Below the pieces are notes generated by a model. It was not told the DNA's origin. It ran no database searches and saw nothing but the letters and a program-made list of their open reading frames with translations. A DNA stretch of 64,000 nt from an uncultured virus (IMG/VR IMGVR_UViG_3300035698_026266) (lineage: Duplodnaviria; Heunggongvirae; Uroviricota; Caudoviricetes), in the IMG/VR virus record IMGVR_UViG_3300035698_026266; one strand, given 5' to 3'. A program made the translations under genes and the position numbers. This document shows, piece after piece, positions 47,935 through 57,672 of this stretch. The number at the start of each line of letters is the position of its first letter. Position 1 is the stretch's first letter.

Positions 47935-48756
47935 ATGCGTCCAGACATGAATAAATTAATAACGGAGTGCTATAGAATAAATAGTGAGGGTCGCTATTCA
48001 TATAAATACCATCGAAATAAAACAAAAAAAACACCTTTAGAAGAACGTTTAGAAAAAGAACCAATAAAGTGGGCAAGCAGATATTGGATTCAAAAAGAAT
48101 TTGGTGAAAACTTAGCTCCTTTAAAAAGATATATAGAAAAACAAATAGGAAGACCTTGGGACAAAGTTCGTTCTGAAATGAATGAAAATTTAAGTATTAA
48201 TTCTACAATTGACATGCATGTTTGGCAACATGTAGAAGATTATATTGAAGAAAAAACCATATGTGATAAAAAAGGCAAAGTGTTTTTTTATCCAGAATAT
48301 TTTCATTACAGTATTGACGACACCGCCTTTGAAGGAGCAATCCCTTTAAAGCATTCTTGGTCAATTGTGTATGTGTGCCCTAAAAATGGGTGTTTGAAAA
48401 AAAATAAAGACTACAAGAACGCTTTATGGAAAAGACCTGAATTCCCCAAATTAAATCGTGTGATCGTAGACACTGCCCATCAATTGCATCAAATATTTGG
48501 GGTCTGGTATGAAATAACATTAAAAGAATGTGATAAAAGAAAATTTAAAAAAGTAGAATTTTATCCATATTATGTGTTTGGTAAAAACAGTAAAGACGTT
48601 GCTACGAAATCCATTCGGATGTCTTTAAAAATTGATGGACATCATGTCATAGATTTGATAAAGATTTACGGCAGAGACGATGTTTTTGCTTATAAAAAAG
48701 AACAATTGTCCACAAGCAAATTGAAAAAATATGGACTTAAAAACAAAATATCCTAA
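47935..48756 (+). CDS. Conserved hypothetical protein
   Basis: MRPDMNKLITE, ENLAPLKRY...GRPWDKV.SE, YVCPKNG.L. Confidence 0.65.
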   Translation: MRPDMNKLITECYRINSEGRYSYKYHRNKTKKTPLEERLEKEPIKWASRYWIQKEFGENLAPLKRYIEKQIGRPWDKVRSEMNENLSINSTIDMHVWQHVEDYIEEKTICDKKGKVFFYPEYFHYSIDDTAFEGAIPLKHSWSIVYVCPKNGCLKKNKDYKNALWKRPEFPKLNRVIVDTAHQLHQIFGVWYEITLKECDKRKFKKVEFYPYYVFGKNSKDVATKSIRMSLKIDGHHVIDLIKIYGRDDVFAYKKEQLSTSKLKKYGLKNKIS

Positions 48757-49402
48757 ATCTCCTCACTTGCCAGAAAGTCCGGGGGTAAATAATGACGACA
48801 CCATTATTAAAGATTTGTGTCATTTGAAAAAACAAACAATAGTAGTTACCGAAAAACTAGATGGGGAAAATACTACAATCACTTCCGAAAAATGGCATGC
48901 AAGATAGTTGAACACTCCTTACCACTCATCGAGAAGGGAAGTGGTGAATTTATTTGCGAGATTGAAACATGAAATTCCTAATGGATGGCGAATTTGTGGA
49001 GAGAACTGTTATTCGCTTCATTCTATTTTTTACGAAATGAATCCACCTTGGTTTTTCGTTTTTTCTGTATGGGATGAAAAAAACATATGTTTATCATGGG
49101 ACGACACAATTTCTTTTTGTGAAACCTTAAATCTTTTTACGGTTCCTGTGTTATATGTTGGTCCTTGGGATCAAAAAAAAATAAATTCTTGTTGGCGTGG
49201 TCATTCCGAATTTGGAAAAGAACAAGAAGGTTTTGTCATAAGAAATGCAAACGAATTTAGTTTTGAACAATTTGGTTTTAATTTAGCAAAATATGTGAGA
49301 AAAAACCATGTGAGAACCAATGATTTTTGGATGAAACAATCTTTAATTGTTAATCAAAAAGGGAACGAAGAAAAAGCTGTTGCACGATTGACTATTTGCT
49401 GA
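48731..49402 (+). pseudogene. RNA ligase (Rnl2-like nucleotidyltransferase) with in-frame TAG at 48905-48907
   Basis: KYPKSPHLP.SPG, TEKLDGENT (motif I), HAR*L, ICGEN, EGFVIR, AKYVR. Confidence 0.8.
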
Positions 49403-49436
49403 ACAAGTTTACATTCGTCAAAGTTGTTTTATAATG
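49401..49436 (+). promoter_or_regulatory. Promoter of the PARP gene cluster; near-copy of 13731-13766
   Basis: GAACAAGTTTACA-N6-AAAGTTGTTTTATAATG. Confidence 0.65.
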
Positions 49437-49520
49437 TAGGAGAAGGCAAAAGCGGCTAAAATGCAGACGCCTTTTGTCCGATATATATCGTATACTAATT
49501 ATACTAGAAAGCAACTAAAA

Positions 49521-51128
49521 ATGAGTAAATCCACATATCCAAATGGGCATATGCCAGAAGATTTTGACTGTTTTGGTCCCCCGGCCATTAGAGATGGCGA
49601 ATTTGAGGAAACAATGATAGCTGATTTGGGATGTTTTAAACAACCTACTCCTGACAATCCACAAGGAGTTGATTCAAATAAATATTATCATGGTTCTGTC
49701 GTCCAAAGCAAGAAAAATGGACAATGGTATGTTTATCTTGAATGGGGTCGTACATCTGCTAAAAATCCGCAATTTCAGTTTGTGGAATGCTCAAATAAAA
49801 ATGAAGCAAAAGCAAAATATTGCAAGCAACTTCATTCTAAAAACGATAATAGGGGTATGTGGGACCACCATCCAGTTTTAGGAAAAATGTTGAAACCCAA
49901 ACCAAATAAGGATTGTTATTTGGTACGTCCACAAGCGGCCCGAAGTACAGGACTTCCAAGCGCTAAAACAATATCCATTACAGAAAAAACTATTGTTTCC
50001 AAGAACAACAAAAAGACGTTGAAGAAAAATCTGGATGTGCAGACTACTTCCCTTTTGAAAGATTTGAATATTGGCACATTGAATTATACAAGAACATCAA
50101 TGGCCGACAGTGCGTTGCCGACTTTAGACGCCATCAAAGAAGGTAGAGACATTCTAGACGCTGCCATGAATAGAGTGGCTAATTTTGGCAACAATATAGA
50201 TGATCAAATTTCAGACTCGGAATTAATAAGTTTAACAAGTCTGATTTATAGCAGGATTCCTAAAAAGAAAAACAGAGGGGTCGACGCCGCAGAATGGATT
50301 TTGTCACAAAACAATATTTTTGCTTGGAAGCAGGACATAGATGCTTTTGAATCCGCTGTGAATTCACAAGAATATGAAATTGAAGACGATCCGATGCAGG
50401 GCATGGACGTTAAGATGTTCTGGCTTGCTCCTAATTCTAAAGAAGGTGAATTTGTTCATAGTTGGGTTAAACAATCCACATTAAACAAACATTCTTATCT
50501 TGGCAAAATGAATGTGATAAATGTATGGACAGTTACTAGAGAATCCGAAAACAAAGCTTTTCTGGTTGAACAGGAAAACATATTAAAGGAAACGAAAAAC
50601 AAAGACATTTCTGAACGTCCGTTAAATCAACCTAAAAACAGATTGGATTTAGACACGTCAGATGTTTTGAAATATCATAAAAGCAACACATCTTTGTTGT
50701 TTCATGGTACTAGAAGTTGTAACGTTTCTGGTTTGTTGCGAGAAGGGTTTAGATTCCCAAAAGAATTAAGAAACGTTGCCATTAATGGGGCTATGTTTAG
50801 TGGCGGTGCAGGTGGTGTTTATGCAGCAGACGACATAAAAAAGAGTGTTGGTTATACTTCTTATGAAAAAGGGATATATTCACAAGGCAAAGGTGGCATA
50901 AAAGGGAGAAAGGCTTTTATGTTTGTGTGTGATTTTGTTTTAGGCAATCCTCATGTTGCTCCTGAAGCTTATCCATACACAAAATATCCAACTAATACAC
51001 ATAGTATTTTTGGCAAGGCAGGGTATTCTGGATTTGGATACGGTGATAGAAAACTTCAAAATAATGAATGGATTATTTTGAAAAAGTCTCAATATCAATT
51101 TAAATATTTGATCGAATTTAACTTTTAA
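49521..51128 (+). CDS. WGR-domain poly(ADP-ribose) polymerase-like protein
   Basis: SNKYY...EWGRT (WGR), helical domain, LLFHGTR, GAMF.GG..GVYAAD..KS.GY, NNEWI (H-Y-E triad). Confidence 0.85.
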   Translation: MSKSTYPNGHMPEDFDCFGPPAIRDGEFEETMIADLGCFKQPTPDNPQGVDSNKYYHGSVVQSKKNGQWYVYLEWGRTSAKNPQFQFVECSNKNEAKAKYCKQLHSKNDNRGMWDHHPVLGKMLKPKPNKDCYLVRPQAARSTGLPSAKTISITEKTIVSKNNKKTLKKNLDVQTTSLLKDLNIGTLNYTRTSMADSALPTLDAIKEGRDILDAAMNRVANFGNNIDDQISDSELISLTSLIYSRIPKKKNRGVDAAEWILSQNNIFAWKQDIDAFESAVNSQEYEIEDDPMQGMDVKMFWLAPNSKEGEFVHSWVKQSTLNKHSYLGKMNVINVWTVTRESENKAFLVEQENILKETKNKDISERPLNQPKNRLDLDTSDVLKYHKSNTSLLFHGTRSCNVSGLLREGFRFPKELRNVAINGAMFSGGAGGVYAADDIKKSVGYTSYEKGIYSQGKGGIKGRKAFMFVCDFVLGNPHVAPEAYPYTKYPTNTHSIFGKAGYSGFGYGDRKLQNNEWIILKKSQYQFKYLIEFNF

Positions 51129-51140
51129 AGGAAACGAAAA

Positions 51141-51815
51141 ATGTCTGAAATTAAAACAATTGAAATTATAAACGAAGCTATAGATTTGTATATTATTGAA
51201 GGGGAATCCTTTACTGCTTATGATGTCAGTAAAGAAGTGCAAAATAAATTGGCAGAAAAAAATCTGCCATTTGTTAGACATAAGGAAATGAAGGATGATA
51301 TACACAATTATTTAAATAGCATGATAAACATGGGGCTTTATAATAGAAGTCTAAAAGTTGTGAGCCTTAATAAACAAGCATATGTTTATCACCCAATAAA
51401 TCATGATGGAAGTTATGTGCAACTTCATCCTGATAAGACCTCCAAGACTAAAGTTAAGACCTCCAAGACTAAAGTTAAGACCTCCAAGACTAAAGCCACA
51501 GATAGCAAGTTACACACACCTGATTCTCGTATTAGCCTGACTGTTCCTGTAAAATTTGTTAGCAAATTGGCTTCCATTGGCAGCAAGGTTTATGTTTACA
51601 ATCACAAGTCTCCTAATGTGCTTTTTGTATCAGAGAAAAACTCCATAAAAGAAAATTTATATGTTCTTATAGCAGAGTATACGGTAGATTGTTACGGCAG
51701 TATCCGTATCACTAAAAAGAATCTAAACATGGGCTTTTTAGGAGTAAAAATAGATGATGAATTTGAATTTGAATATAAAAATGGGTTGGTTGCTATAAGA
51801 TGTAAAACCATTTAA
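51141..51815 (+). CDS. Hypothetical protein with winged-helix-like N-terminus and KTSKTKV tandem repeat
   Basis: FTAYDVS; 21-bp repeat x3 near 51435-51493. Confidence 0.6.
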   Translation: MSEIKTIEIINEAIDLYIIEGESFTAYDVSKEVQNKLAEKNLPFVRHKEMKDDIHNYLNSMINMGLYNRSLKVVSLNKQAYVYHPINHDGSYVQLHPDKTSKTKVKTSKTKVKTSKTKATDSKLHTPDSRISLTVPVKFVSKLASIGSKVYVYNHKSPNVLFVSEKNSIKENLYVLIAEYTVDCYGSIRITKKNLNMGFLGVKIDDEFEFEYKNGLVAIRCKTI

Positions 51816-51862
51816 CCTGCGACAACACAAAAACATCATCACAACATCAAAAAGAAGAACAA

Positions 51863-52873
51863 ATGCAAACAAATTGGTCTAAAATACATGGCATGTTTCT
51901 TGGAATTCAAATAGGGGATGCTTTAGGCATGCCAGTAGAATCGAGAACTGCCAAAGAAATAAAAGAAAAATATGGCAGAATTGAAAGAATGATAAGTCCA
52001 AAAGATCATAAGTATTTAAGCGATAATAAAGCAGGGACTTATACGGACGACACTCAACTGACATTAGCTGTGGCAAAAGGTCTTATTGCTGATCCTTTAA
52101 ATATGGATTCGCAGGTCAAATTTCATTTAGACGCTTTCAACAAATCAACAAGTGGTTGGGGTAGAAGCACTAGAGAAGCCGTTAGCAGGCTTGCCAACGG
52201 ATGCACTTGGCAAACATCAGGTCAACTCAACGGTGAGTTTACAGGCAAAGGAAATGGGGTTTCTATGAAAGTATCCCCGGTTGCAGCTTTGTTTGATTTG
52301 TATGATGAAAATAAAGTTGTGTCCTTTATAAAGAAATTGTCTTTAATGACACATCGTACTAATATGGCAGTCATATCAGGCATGACGCAATCTTTTGCTG
52401 TTCGTTATTGTTTAATGACAAATGAAAAAGAATTCAATTCAAATACTTTTATAGAATGGGTTCTATCGGGTGCTAACATTGGCAATAATGAATTTCCTGA
52501 TGTTTGTGAAGAAAAAGATAATTTATATCTAAGATTAAAATCACTAAAAAAACACAATGAGTATACCACCAAAAAAATAATTGAAGATTATAATGGCGGC
52601 ACATGTTATTGTTACAATTCTTTGCCTTTTACATATTTGTTTTTTCTGAAAGATTACGATTCAATTGACGCAATGTACAACGTCATAGCAGCAGGGGGTG
52701 ATACAGATACCAATGCGTCTATGGTTGGCGGATTGTTGGGAGCGTTGCATGGCTATACTGTTTTCCCCGAACATTTAATTGCTACTCTTGATGAAAAAGA
52801 AAGAAAAGAAGTTCTTGAAGTAAGCAAGTTGTTTTACAAGAGTTTTTCAAAAACGACAATCGGTTTTTCATAA
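51863..52873 (+). CDS. ADP-ribosylglycohydrolase
   Basis: IGDALGMPVE, YTDDTQL, GNG..M, GGDTDTNASMVGGLLGA. Confidence 0.93.
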   Translation: MQTNWSKIHGMFLGIQIGDALGMPVESRTAKEIKEKYGRIERMISPKDHKYLSDNKAGTYTDDTQLTLAVAKGLIADPLNMDSQVKFHLDAFNKSTSGWGRSTREAVSRLANGCTWQTSGQLNGEFTGKGNGVSMKVSPVAALFDLYDENKVVSFIKKLSLMTHRTNMAVISGMTQSFAVRYCLMTNEKEFNSNTFIEWVLSGANIGNNEFPDVCEEKDNLYLRLKSLKKHNEYTTKKIIEDYNGGTCYCYNSLPFTYLFFLKDYDSIDAMYNVIAAGGDTDTNASMVGGLLGALHGYTVFPEHLIATLDEKERKEVLEVSKLFYKSFSKTTIGFS

Positions 52874-52930
52874 AGTGCTTTACAAAGTTAGAAATCATTC
52901 TACATTTAGACATATAACAAAAGCGATAAA

Positions 52931-53710
52931 ATGACAAAAATTACAAACAAAAAAATCAAAAAATTAGATATTGACATGGCAGAAGAATCTTCCCTTCTTG
53001 ATGTGCTTTCCCAAGAAGATGATGTGAAATACAAAAACAAAGGGGAAATAGGTTTAGTTGACAGCGACACGCAAAAAATGATTGACAAATACGTCGCCTT
53101 AAAAGCATTGCTTGATTTGACTAAAAATCAAGAAGAAAGAATCAAAAACAAATTAAAAGACATGCTTTTTGAAAAATATATTGACACAATGTGGGAAAAT
53201 AAAGCTGCTCCTGTGTCGTCAATTGTTTCTGGAAAGAAAGGCGAATTAACATTCGTTGTTCTTGAAAAGATGAGAGTGAATGCAAAAAGTGTGGAAGAAT
53301 TGGTGAGAGAGCTTGTCGAACTAGACATGCCTACGGAACATGCTGAAAAATTGGTTGAAAACGAAATAGTTTACGAAAAACATATTGGAATTAAATCATT
53401 AACAGAATTAATGAAAGGTAAAAAGAATGAGCAAAAAGTAGCAAGTAAAATGATGAAGTTTATTGACAAGTTATCAAGCAATGAAAAGAAATTGATTTTT
53501 ACAACAAATTTGGTTGTAAATGTAAAGAAAAACTTTTTACATCGTTTGTCTAGCTACGTTAAAAACAAAAAACAATTAAGTAATGTTCTTAATGTCATTA
53601 AACCAACTCATGCAATTCGAAACTCGAAAATAACCGTAAACGAAAAAGACAGACACGATTTGATTGTGTCAGCAGCAGATAATGTTGCTGATATTGGACT
53701 AGTAGACTAA
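52931..53710 (+). CDS. Hypothetical protein
   Basis: 259-aa ORF after TTTACA-N16-TACATT. Confidence 0.6.
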   Translation: MTKITNKKIKKLDIDMAEESSLLDVLSQEDDVKYKNKGEIGLVDSDTQKMIDKYVALKALLDLTKNQEERIKNKLKDMLFEKYIDTMWENKAAPVSSIVSGKKGELTFVVLEKMRVNAKSVEELVRELVELDMPTEHAEKLVENEIVYEKHIGIKSLTELMKGKKNEQKVASKMMKFIDKLSSNEKKLIFTTNLVVNVKKNFLHRLSSYVKNKKQLSNVLNVIKPTHAIRNSKITVNEKDRHDLIVSAADNVADIGLVD

Positions 53711-53743
53711 CAAACCAACAAACCACCAAGGATAACTTTACAG

Positions 53744-54208
53744 ATGAATAACAAAAAGACAACCGCTAAGAAAACCACCATAGAATCTTTAGTAAAAGAA
53801 CTCTATCTGCAACGTGCAGACTGCATGAAGAAAACTGCTGAAATAGACCAAGTTTTCAAGGATGAAGGCATTGACATCAAGTTTTTAGACAAGAAATTTG
53901 GTGATAAAACATCCATCAAGTCTAAGTCCAAAACTAAGGGCAAGGCCAAGACAACCAAAAACAGAACTCATTATGAAACAAGTGGTGCTGATTTTGTGTT
54001 AGACGTTCTTTCTGACAAAGGGGCTTTGACAACTTCAAAGTTGAATGAAGAATGGGTTGCATCAGGTCGCAAGGGTAAGTGTTACAATACCCTTACCGAT
54101 CTGGTTAAAGCAAATAAAATTGTGAAAAATAATAATCCAGAAAGTCGTGGTTCTATTTACAACATTGCTGACACTATCGCAAATAGCGATATTCATAAGA
54201 CTGCTTGA
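53744..54208 (+). CDS. Basic nucleoid-associated-like protein (coiled coil, Lys linker, wHTH)
   Basis: FVLDVL...LTTSKLNEEW..SGRKG...NTL..LVK...RGSIY. Confidence 0.55.
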   Translation: MNNKKTTAKKTTIESLVKELYLQRADCMKKTAEIDQVFKDEGIDIKFLDKKFGDKTSIKSKSKTKGKAKTTKNRTHYETSGADFVLDVLSDKGALTTSKLNEEWVASGRKGKCYNTLTDLVKANKIVKNNNPESRGSIYNIADTIANSDIHKTA

Positions 54209-54215
54209 TGTTTGG

Positions 54216-54263
54216 ACAGGGAATCTCGTCAACAAATCATTGGCGAGATTCCCTGTTTATTTT
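54216..54263 (+). terminator. Intrinsic terminator
   Basis: ACAGGGAATCTCGTCAA/TTGGCGAGATTCCCTGT plus T-rich tail. Confidence 0.75.
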
Positions 54264-54554
54264 AGTTTATAGGACTTAACATGGAAAATTGGACGCCTAC
54301 AAAACATCAATTGACTTGGTTTGAAGAACTAATCAGCAATCTTAATGAAAAAGGAATATGGAAAGTACCAGAGAACAATAGTGAATATCAAATTTTTCAT
54401 TCCTTGAAGGAAATACATTTTATAAATGGGAAATCCGACGAAGGTCATAGAAAAGTTTCTATTTGTTTTGGTTTATGTGGGTTTAAAATGATAAATAGAA
54501 CAGGGAAAAAACTTGATTTAATAGACGGGCAAAACAGAAACAGTCTGCCGGAAC

Positions 54555-55193
54555 ATGAGATATAAAATAATAACAAATATTGAGTACGAGTTAGATTCTG
54601 AAAAAGAATTATACAAAAAAGATGTAGTAGAGCAACTAGAAAAAATGTTGTCTAAAAGTTTTGATTGTAAAATATTAAAATTTTCCAACATAAAAGTAAA
54701 TAAACAAAAAGAAATAATTGGCAAGTTTGAACTAGAAGAAATTTTTTCAATTGTGCAAGACAAAGAAAAGACTTTACTTATTAATAAAAACGATGAAGTC
54801 TATGAAATAAAAAATTCAAAAAGATATGCCCTTTTCAGAGACAATCCAAATTGTTGTGTTTGCGGCGTCAAAGCAGAATATTTTTTACTAGAAAAACACT
54901 ATAATGATGTCAGTCCCCATTTGAATCTATATGCGTTAAATAAAAAAAAGCAGGAAGTTTTGATAACTAAAGATCACATTGTGCCTAAATCTAAAGGCGG
55001 AAGCAATACAATAGAGAATTATCAAACCATGTGCTATGAGTGTAACAATATTAAAGGCAGTGATGATTTCACACACGACAACATTCGACATCTAAAAAAA
55101 ATCATTTCAGATAATAAAAAAATTATGGGGCGTAAATCATTGGCTAAAATATTGCGAGATGCAAAAAAAGAATTGAAATCAAGACAGAGTTAG
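54555..55193 (+). CDS. HNH endonuclease
   Basis: CCVCG, TKDHIVPKSKGGSN.IENYQTMCYECNNIKG. Confidence 0.88.
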   Translation: MRYKIITNIEYELDSEKELYKKDVVEQLEKMLSKSFDCKILKFSNIKVNKQKEIIGKFELEEIFSIVQDKEKTLLINKNDEVYEIKNSKRYALFRDNPNCCVCGVKAEYFLLEKHYNDVSPHLNLYALNKKKQEVLITKDHIVPKSKGGSNTIENYQTMCYECNNIKGSDDFTHDNIRHLKKIISDNKKIMGRKSLAKILRDAKKELKSRQS

Positions 55194-55223
55194 TATAATA
55201 AAGCCATATGGGTTAATATTTGA

Positions 55224-55493
55224 ATGCAAATATTAACAATCTTCGAGAATACAAAAATGGCATGGAACAAAAAAATAATATGCACTGGTTTGGGCAATGG
55301 ACATCGTGGTTGTGGTAAAACAATTGATTTGCATTTTGAAGATTTGTTTAAGACACAAGCGTCTGTTGTAATAAATAGTAGAAAAGAAATAAAAGAATAT
55401 GTTACTTTTGAATGCCCTAGTTGCGAAGAAAGAACAGATATAAAAATTGATTGGACGCTAACTAGAAAAATACAAACTGTAAGGAAAAAGTAA
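55224..55493 (+). CDS. Zn-ribbon protein
   Basis: CTG.GNG.RGCG...FECPSC. Confidence 0.55.
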   Translation: MQILTIFENTKMAWNKKIICTGLGNGHRGCGKTIDLHFEDLFKTQASVVINSRKEIKEYVTFECPSCEERTDIKIDWTLTRKIQTVRKK

Positions 55494-56179
55494 TGATTGG
55501 TTTTTATAAAAAACTAATTAAAAACATTTGCAACCAATGGTATATTTTGTTTTGTGTTTCAACAATTGCATTTTTATGTGTTTCAATTGGAATAAGAAAC
55601 AACATTTTAATAATAATTTCTTTTCTTTCAATTATTGGTGCAATCATAGGCGTCATTGTTAAAAGCTATGTGCCATTTAGAAAAAACAATAGAATCCTTC
55701 TCAAAACTTTAGAAGACATAAATGATTCTTTTTTCATTCTTAAAAGAACAAAGAAAGAATTAACTGTAGCGTTTGATCTTGCAGAGAATCTATGTAGTCT
55801 TTTGTGGCTTAAAGAGGAACAAATCAACACTTTCAGCGAAAAACAAAAAGAAATTTTCAACGAAATTGTTGCAACTATAATAAAAAAGTTCAATAAAATT
55901 ATATCTTTTTACGACAACAAATATAAAAATAAAATAATTGAAAAAAATATTGAAGAAAACGTAGAGTTAATGTTAAATGATATACAAATAACAGTGACTA
56001 AATTAAACGACATTGTGTCAAAATCCATTGAAGAACAATTTACCAACACAAAAGATTCTTTGAACTTGACTCAAATGTTGGCAAGCAATTTAGACGTGGC
56101 TCGTAAAATAGAAATTCGTGAAAAAGAGTTTTTTTCGAATCTTATTGAAGATGAATTTAATCCCCAAGGAGAATTTTAG
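55493..56179 (+). CDS. Two-TM membrane protein with coiled coil
   Basis: Two N-terminal hydrophobic helices; directly precedes the PspA-like gene. Confidence 0.6.
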   Translation: MIGFYKKLIKNICNQWYILFCVSTIAFLCVSIGIRNNILIIISFLSIIGAIIGVIVKSYVPFRKNNRILLKTLEDINDSFFILKRTKKELTVAFDLAENLCSLLWLKEEQINTFSEKQKEIFNEIVATIIKKFNKIISFYDNKYKNKIIEKNIEENVELMLNDIQITVTKLNDIVSKSIEEQFTNTKDSLNLTQMLASNLDVARKIEIREKEFFSNLIEDEFNPQGEF

Positions 56180-57007
56180 ATGTTTAAAGCAATTGTGAGA
56201 TATATCAAAGCGGTCGGCTACATGGTTACTGGAAGAATGAACAAAGCTCGTGAAACACTAGATAGGAATCCATCAGTAATAGCTGCCAAATACGATAGTA
56301 TTATCACTAAGGAGTCCAATCGAATTGAACAAGGCAAATCTGCTGTGTCAAAAATATTAGCTAATCATGAAAAAAAGAAAACAAGTCATGCAGCTTTGCT
56401 AAAAGAAATTGAAAAATTTGTGTTGGCAAAAAAAGGCGCACAGATAAAAGCACAAAAATTGGCAAGTAGCTTTGCATCTCTTGAAGAAGCACAAAAAAAT
56501 CAAGAATTCCAACATGTTCAATCGCAATTCAAAGACATTTCTTCTACATTAGAAGAAAAAGAAAAGAGAGCAATTGAATTAGAAAAAGATATAATTGAAT
56601 ACGATGAAAGACTTATTCAGCATAAATCTCAAATAGAAGAAAGTCTTAGAACGCTTAGAAAAATAAAAGAAGAAAAGAATGAAACAATTGCAGATGTCAC
56701 TCTTTCACAACAAGAAAAAGAAGCAAATGATTTGTTAAGCGGATTGAATACAAATTCACATGCAGAAGAACTAAGCAGCATGCGAGACATGCGAGACAAT
56801 GTGAAGGCAGAGGCGAAATTAAGTAGAGAAGTTTCTGGTATAGATGACAAAGCAGCAGAAGATGAATTGATCGCTTTGGCTGAAAGTGAAGAATCTAACA
56901 ATGAATTTACACAGGGGCTTGTGTTTGCTGGAACACAGGATGATTTAGAAATGAAAGAAGATGTGAATCCTGCATCTGCACAAAAAACAATGTTGCCAGA
57001 AAACTAA
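56180..57007 (+). CDS. PspA/IM30 (ESCRT-III-like) family protein
   Basis: Amphipathic N-terminus, NP.V motif, long coiled coils, acidic tail. Confidence 0.65.
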   Translation: MFKAIVRYIKAVGYMVTGRMNKARETLDRNPSVIAAKYDSIITKESNRIEQGKSAVSKILANHEKKKTSHAALLKEIEKFVLAKKGAQIKAQKLASSFASLEEAQKNQEFQHVQSQFKDISSTLEEKEKRAIELEKDIIEYDERLIQHKSQIEESLRTLRKIKEEKNETIADVTLSQQEKEANDLLSGLNTNSHAEELSSMRDMRDNVKAEAKLSREVSGIDDKAAEDELIALAESEESNNEFTQGLVFAGTQDDLEMKEDVNPASAQKTMLPEN

Positions 57008-57013
57008 ATTTAA

Positions 57014-57064
57014 AGCACAAATGAGACTTGAAGAACGTTTTTCAAGTCTCATTTGTGCTGTTTT
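57014..57064 (+). terminator. Intrinsic terminator
   Basis: AGCACAAATGAGACTTGAA/TTCAAGTCTCATTTGTGCT. Confidence 0.75.
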
Positions 57065-57118
57065 AACATAATGTATGTCTATGAAGCGAAATTCCTTTTC
57101 CTGACACATATATATGGC

Positions 57119-57670
57119 ATGGACTGGCTTGAAGAATTAGAAGTTGATTTAAGGAATGCAAAATCCCCAACGTTATCGGCTCAAAGCTTAGATGGTGGGA
57201 TTGTTGTTAAAAAGAATAAAAAAGAATGGAAATTATGGCTATCAATTGTTTTAATTATTCTTTTGGCTACATCTGTGTCTGTTTGGAGACATTGGTCCCA
57301 AAACAAAGACGTTTTTCAAGAAACTTCTTATAAAATTTTTCAGGAAGATGATGATGTAAATTTAGTTATCCAATCTGTGTCGACCACTCCAGAGGCTAAC
57401 GATAATAAATCTTCTGTTACACCTACGGCAACTGTGCCACTGGTTCCATTGGATCAACTTGCTAGAGACAGACTGACATTGGTAGCAATTGTGCAAAATC
57501 ACAATACGCAACTTTTAAAAAGTGGTGCTAATACGGATGATTTAATTCTTATTAACGAAGATTGGACTATCAATAAAGTCCCTAATAGAGTGGTTTTATC
57601 AAAAAACATACTTGGCTTTTTAAAGCAATTTATCGTTGAAGAAAACAACACCATGTCTAGAGATTACTAA
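57119..57670 (+). CDS. Single-TM membrane protein
   Basis: LWLSIVLIILLATSVSVW. Confidence 0.6.
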   Translation: MDWLEELEVDLRNAKSPTLSAQSLDGGIVVKKNKKEWKLWLSIVLIILLATSVSVWRHWSQNKDVFQETSYKIFQEDDDVNLVIQSVSTTPEANDNKSSVTPTATVPLVPLDQLARDRLTLVAIVQNHNTQLLKSGANTDDLILINEDWTINKVPNRVVLSKNILGFLKQFIVEENNTMSRDY

Positions 57671-57672
57671 AT

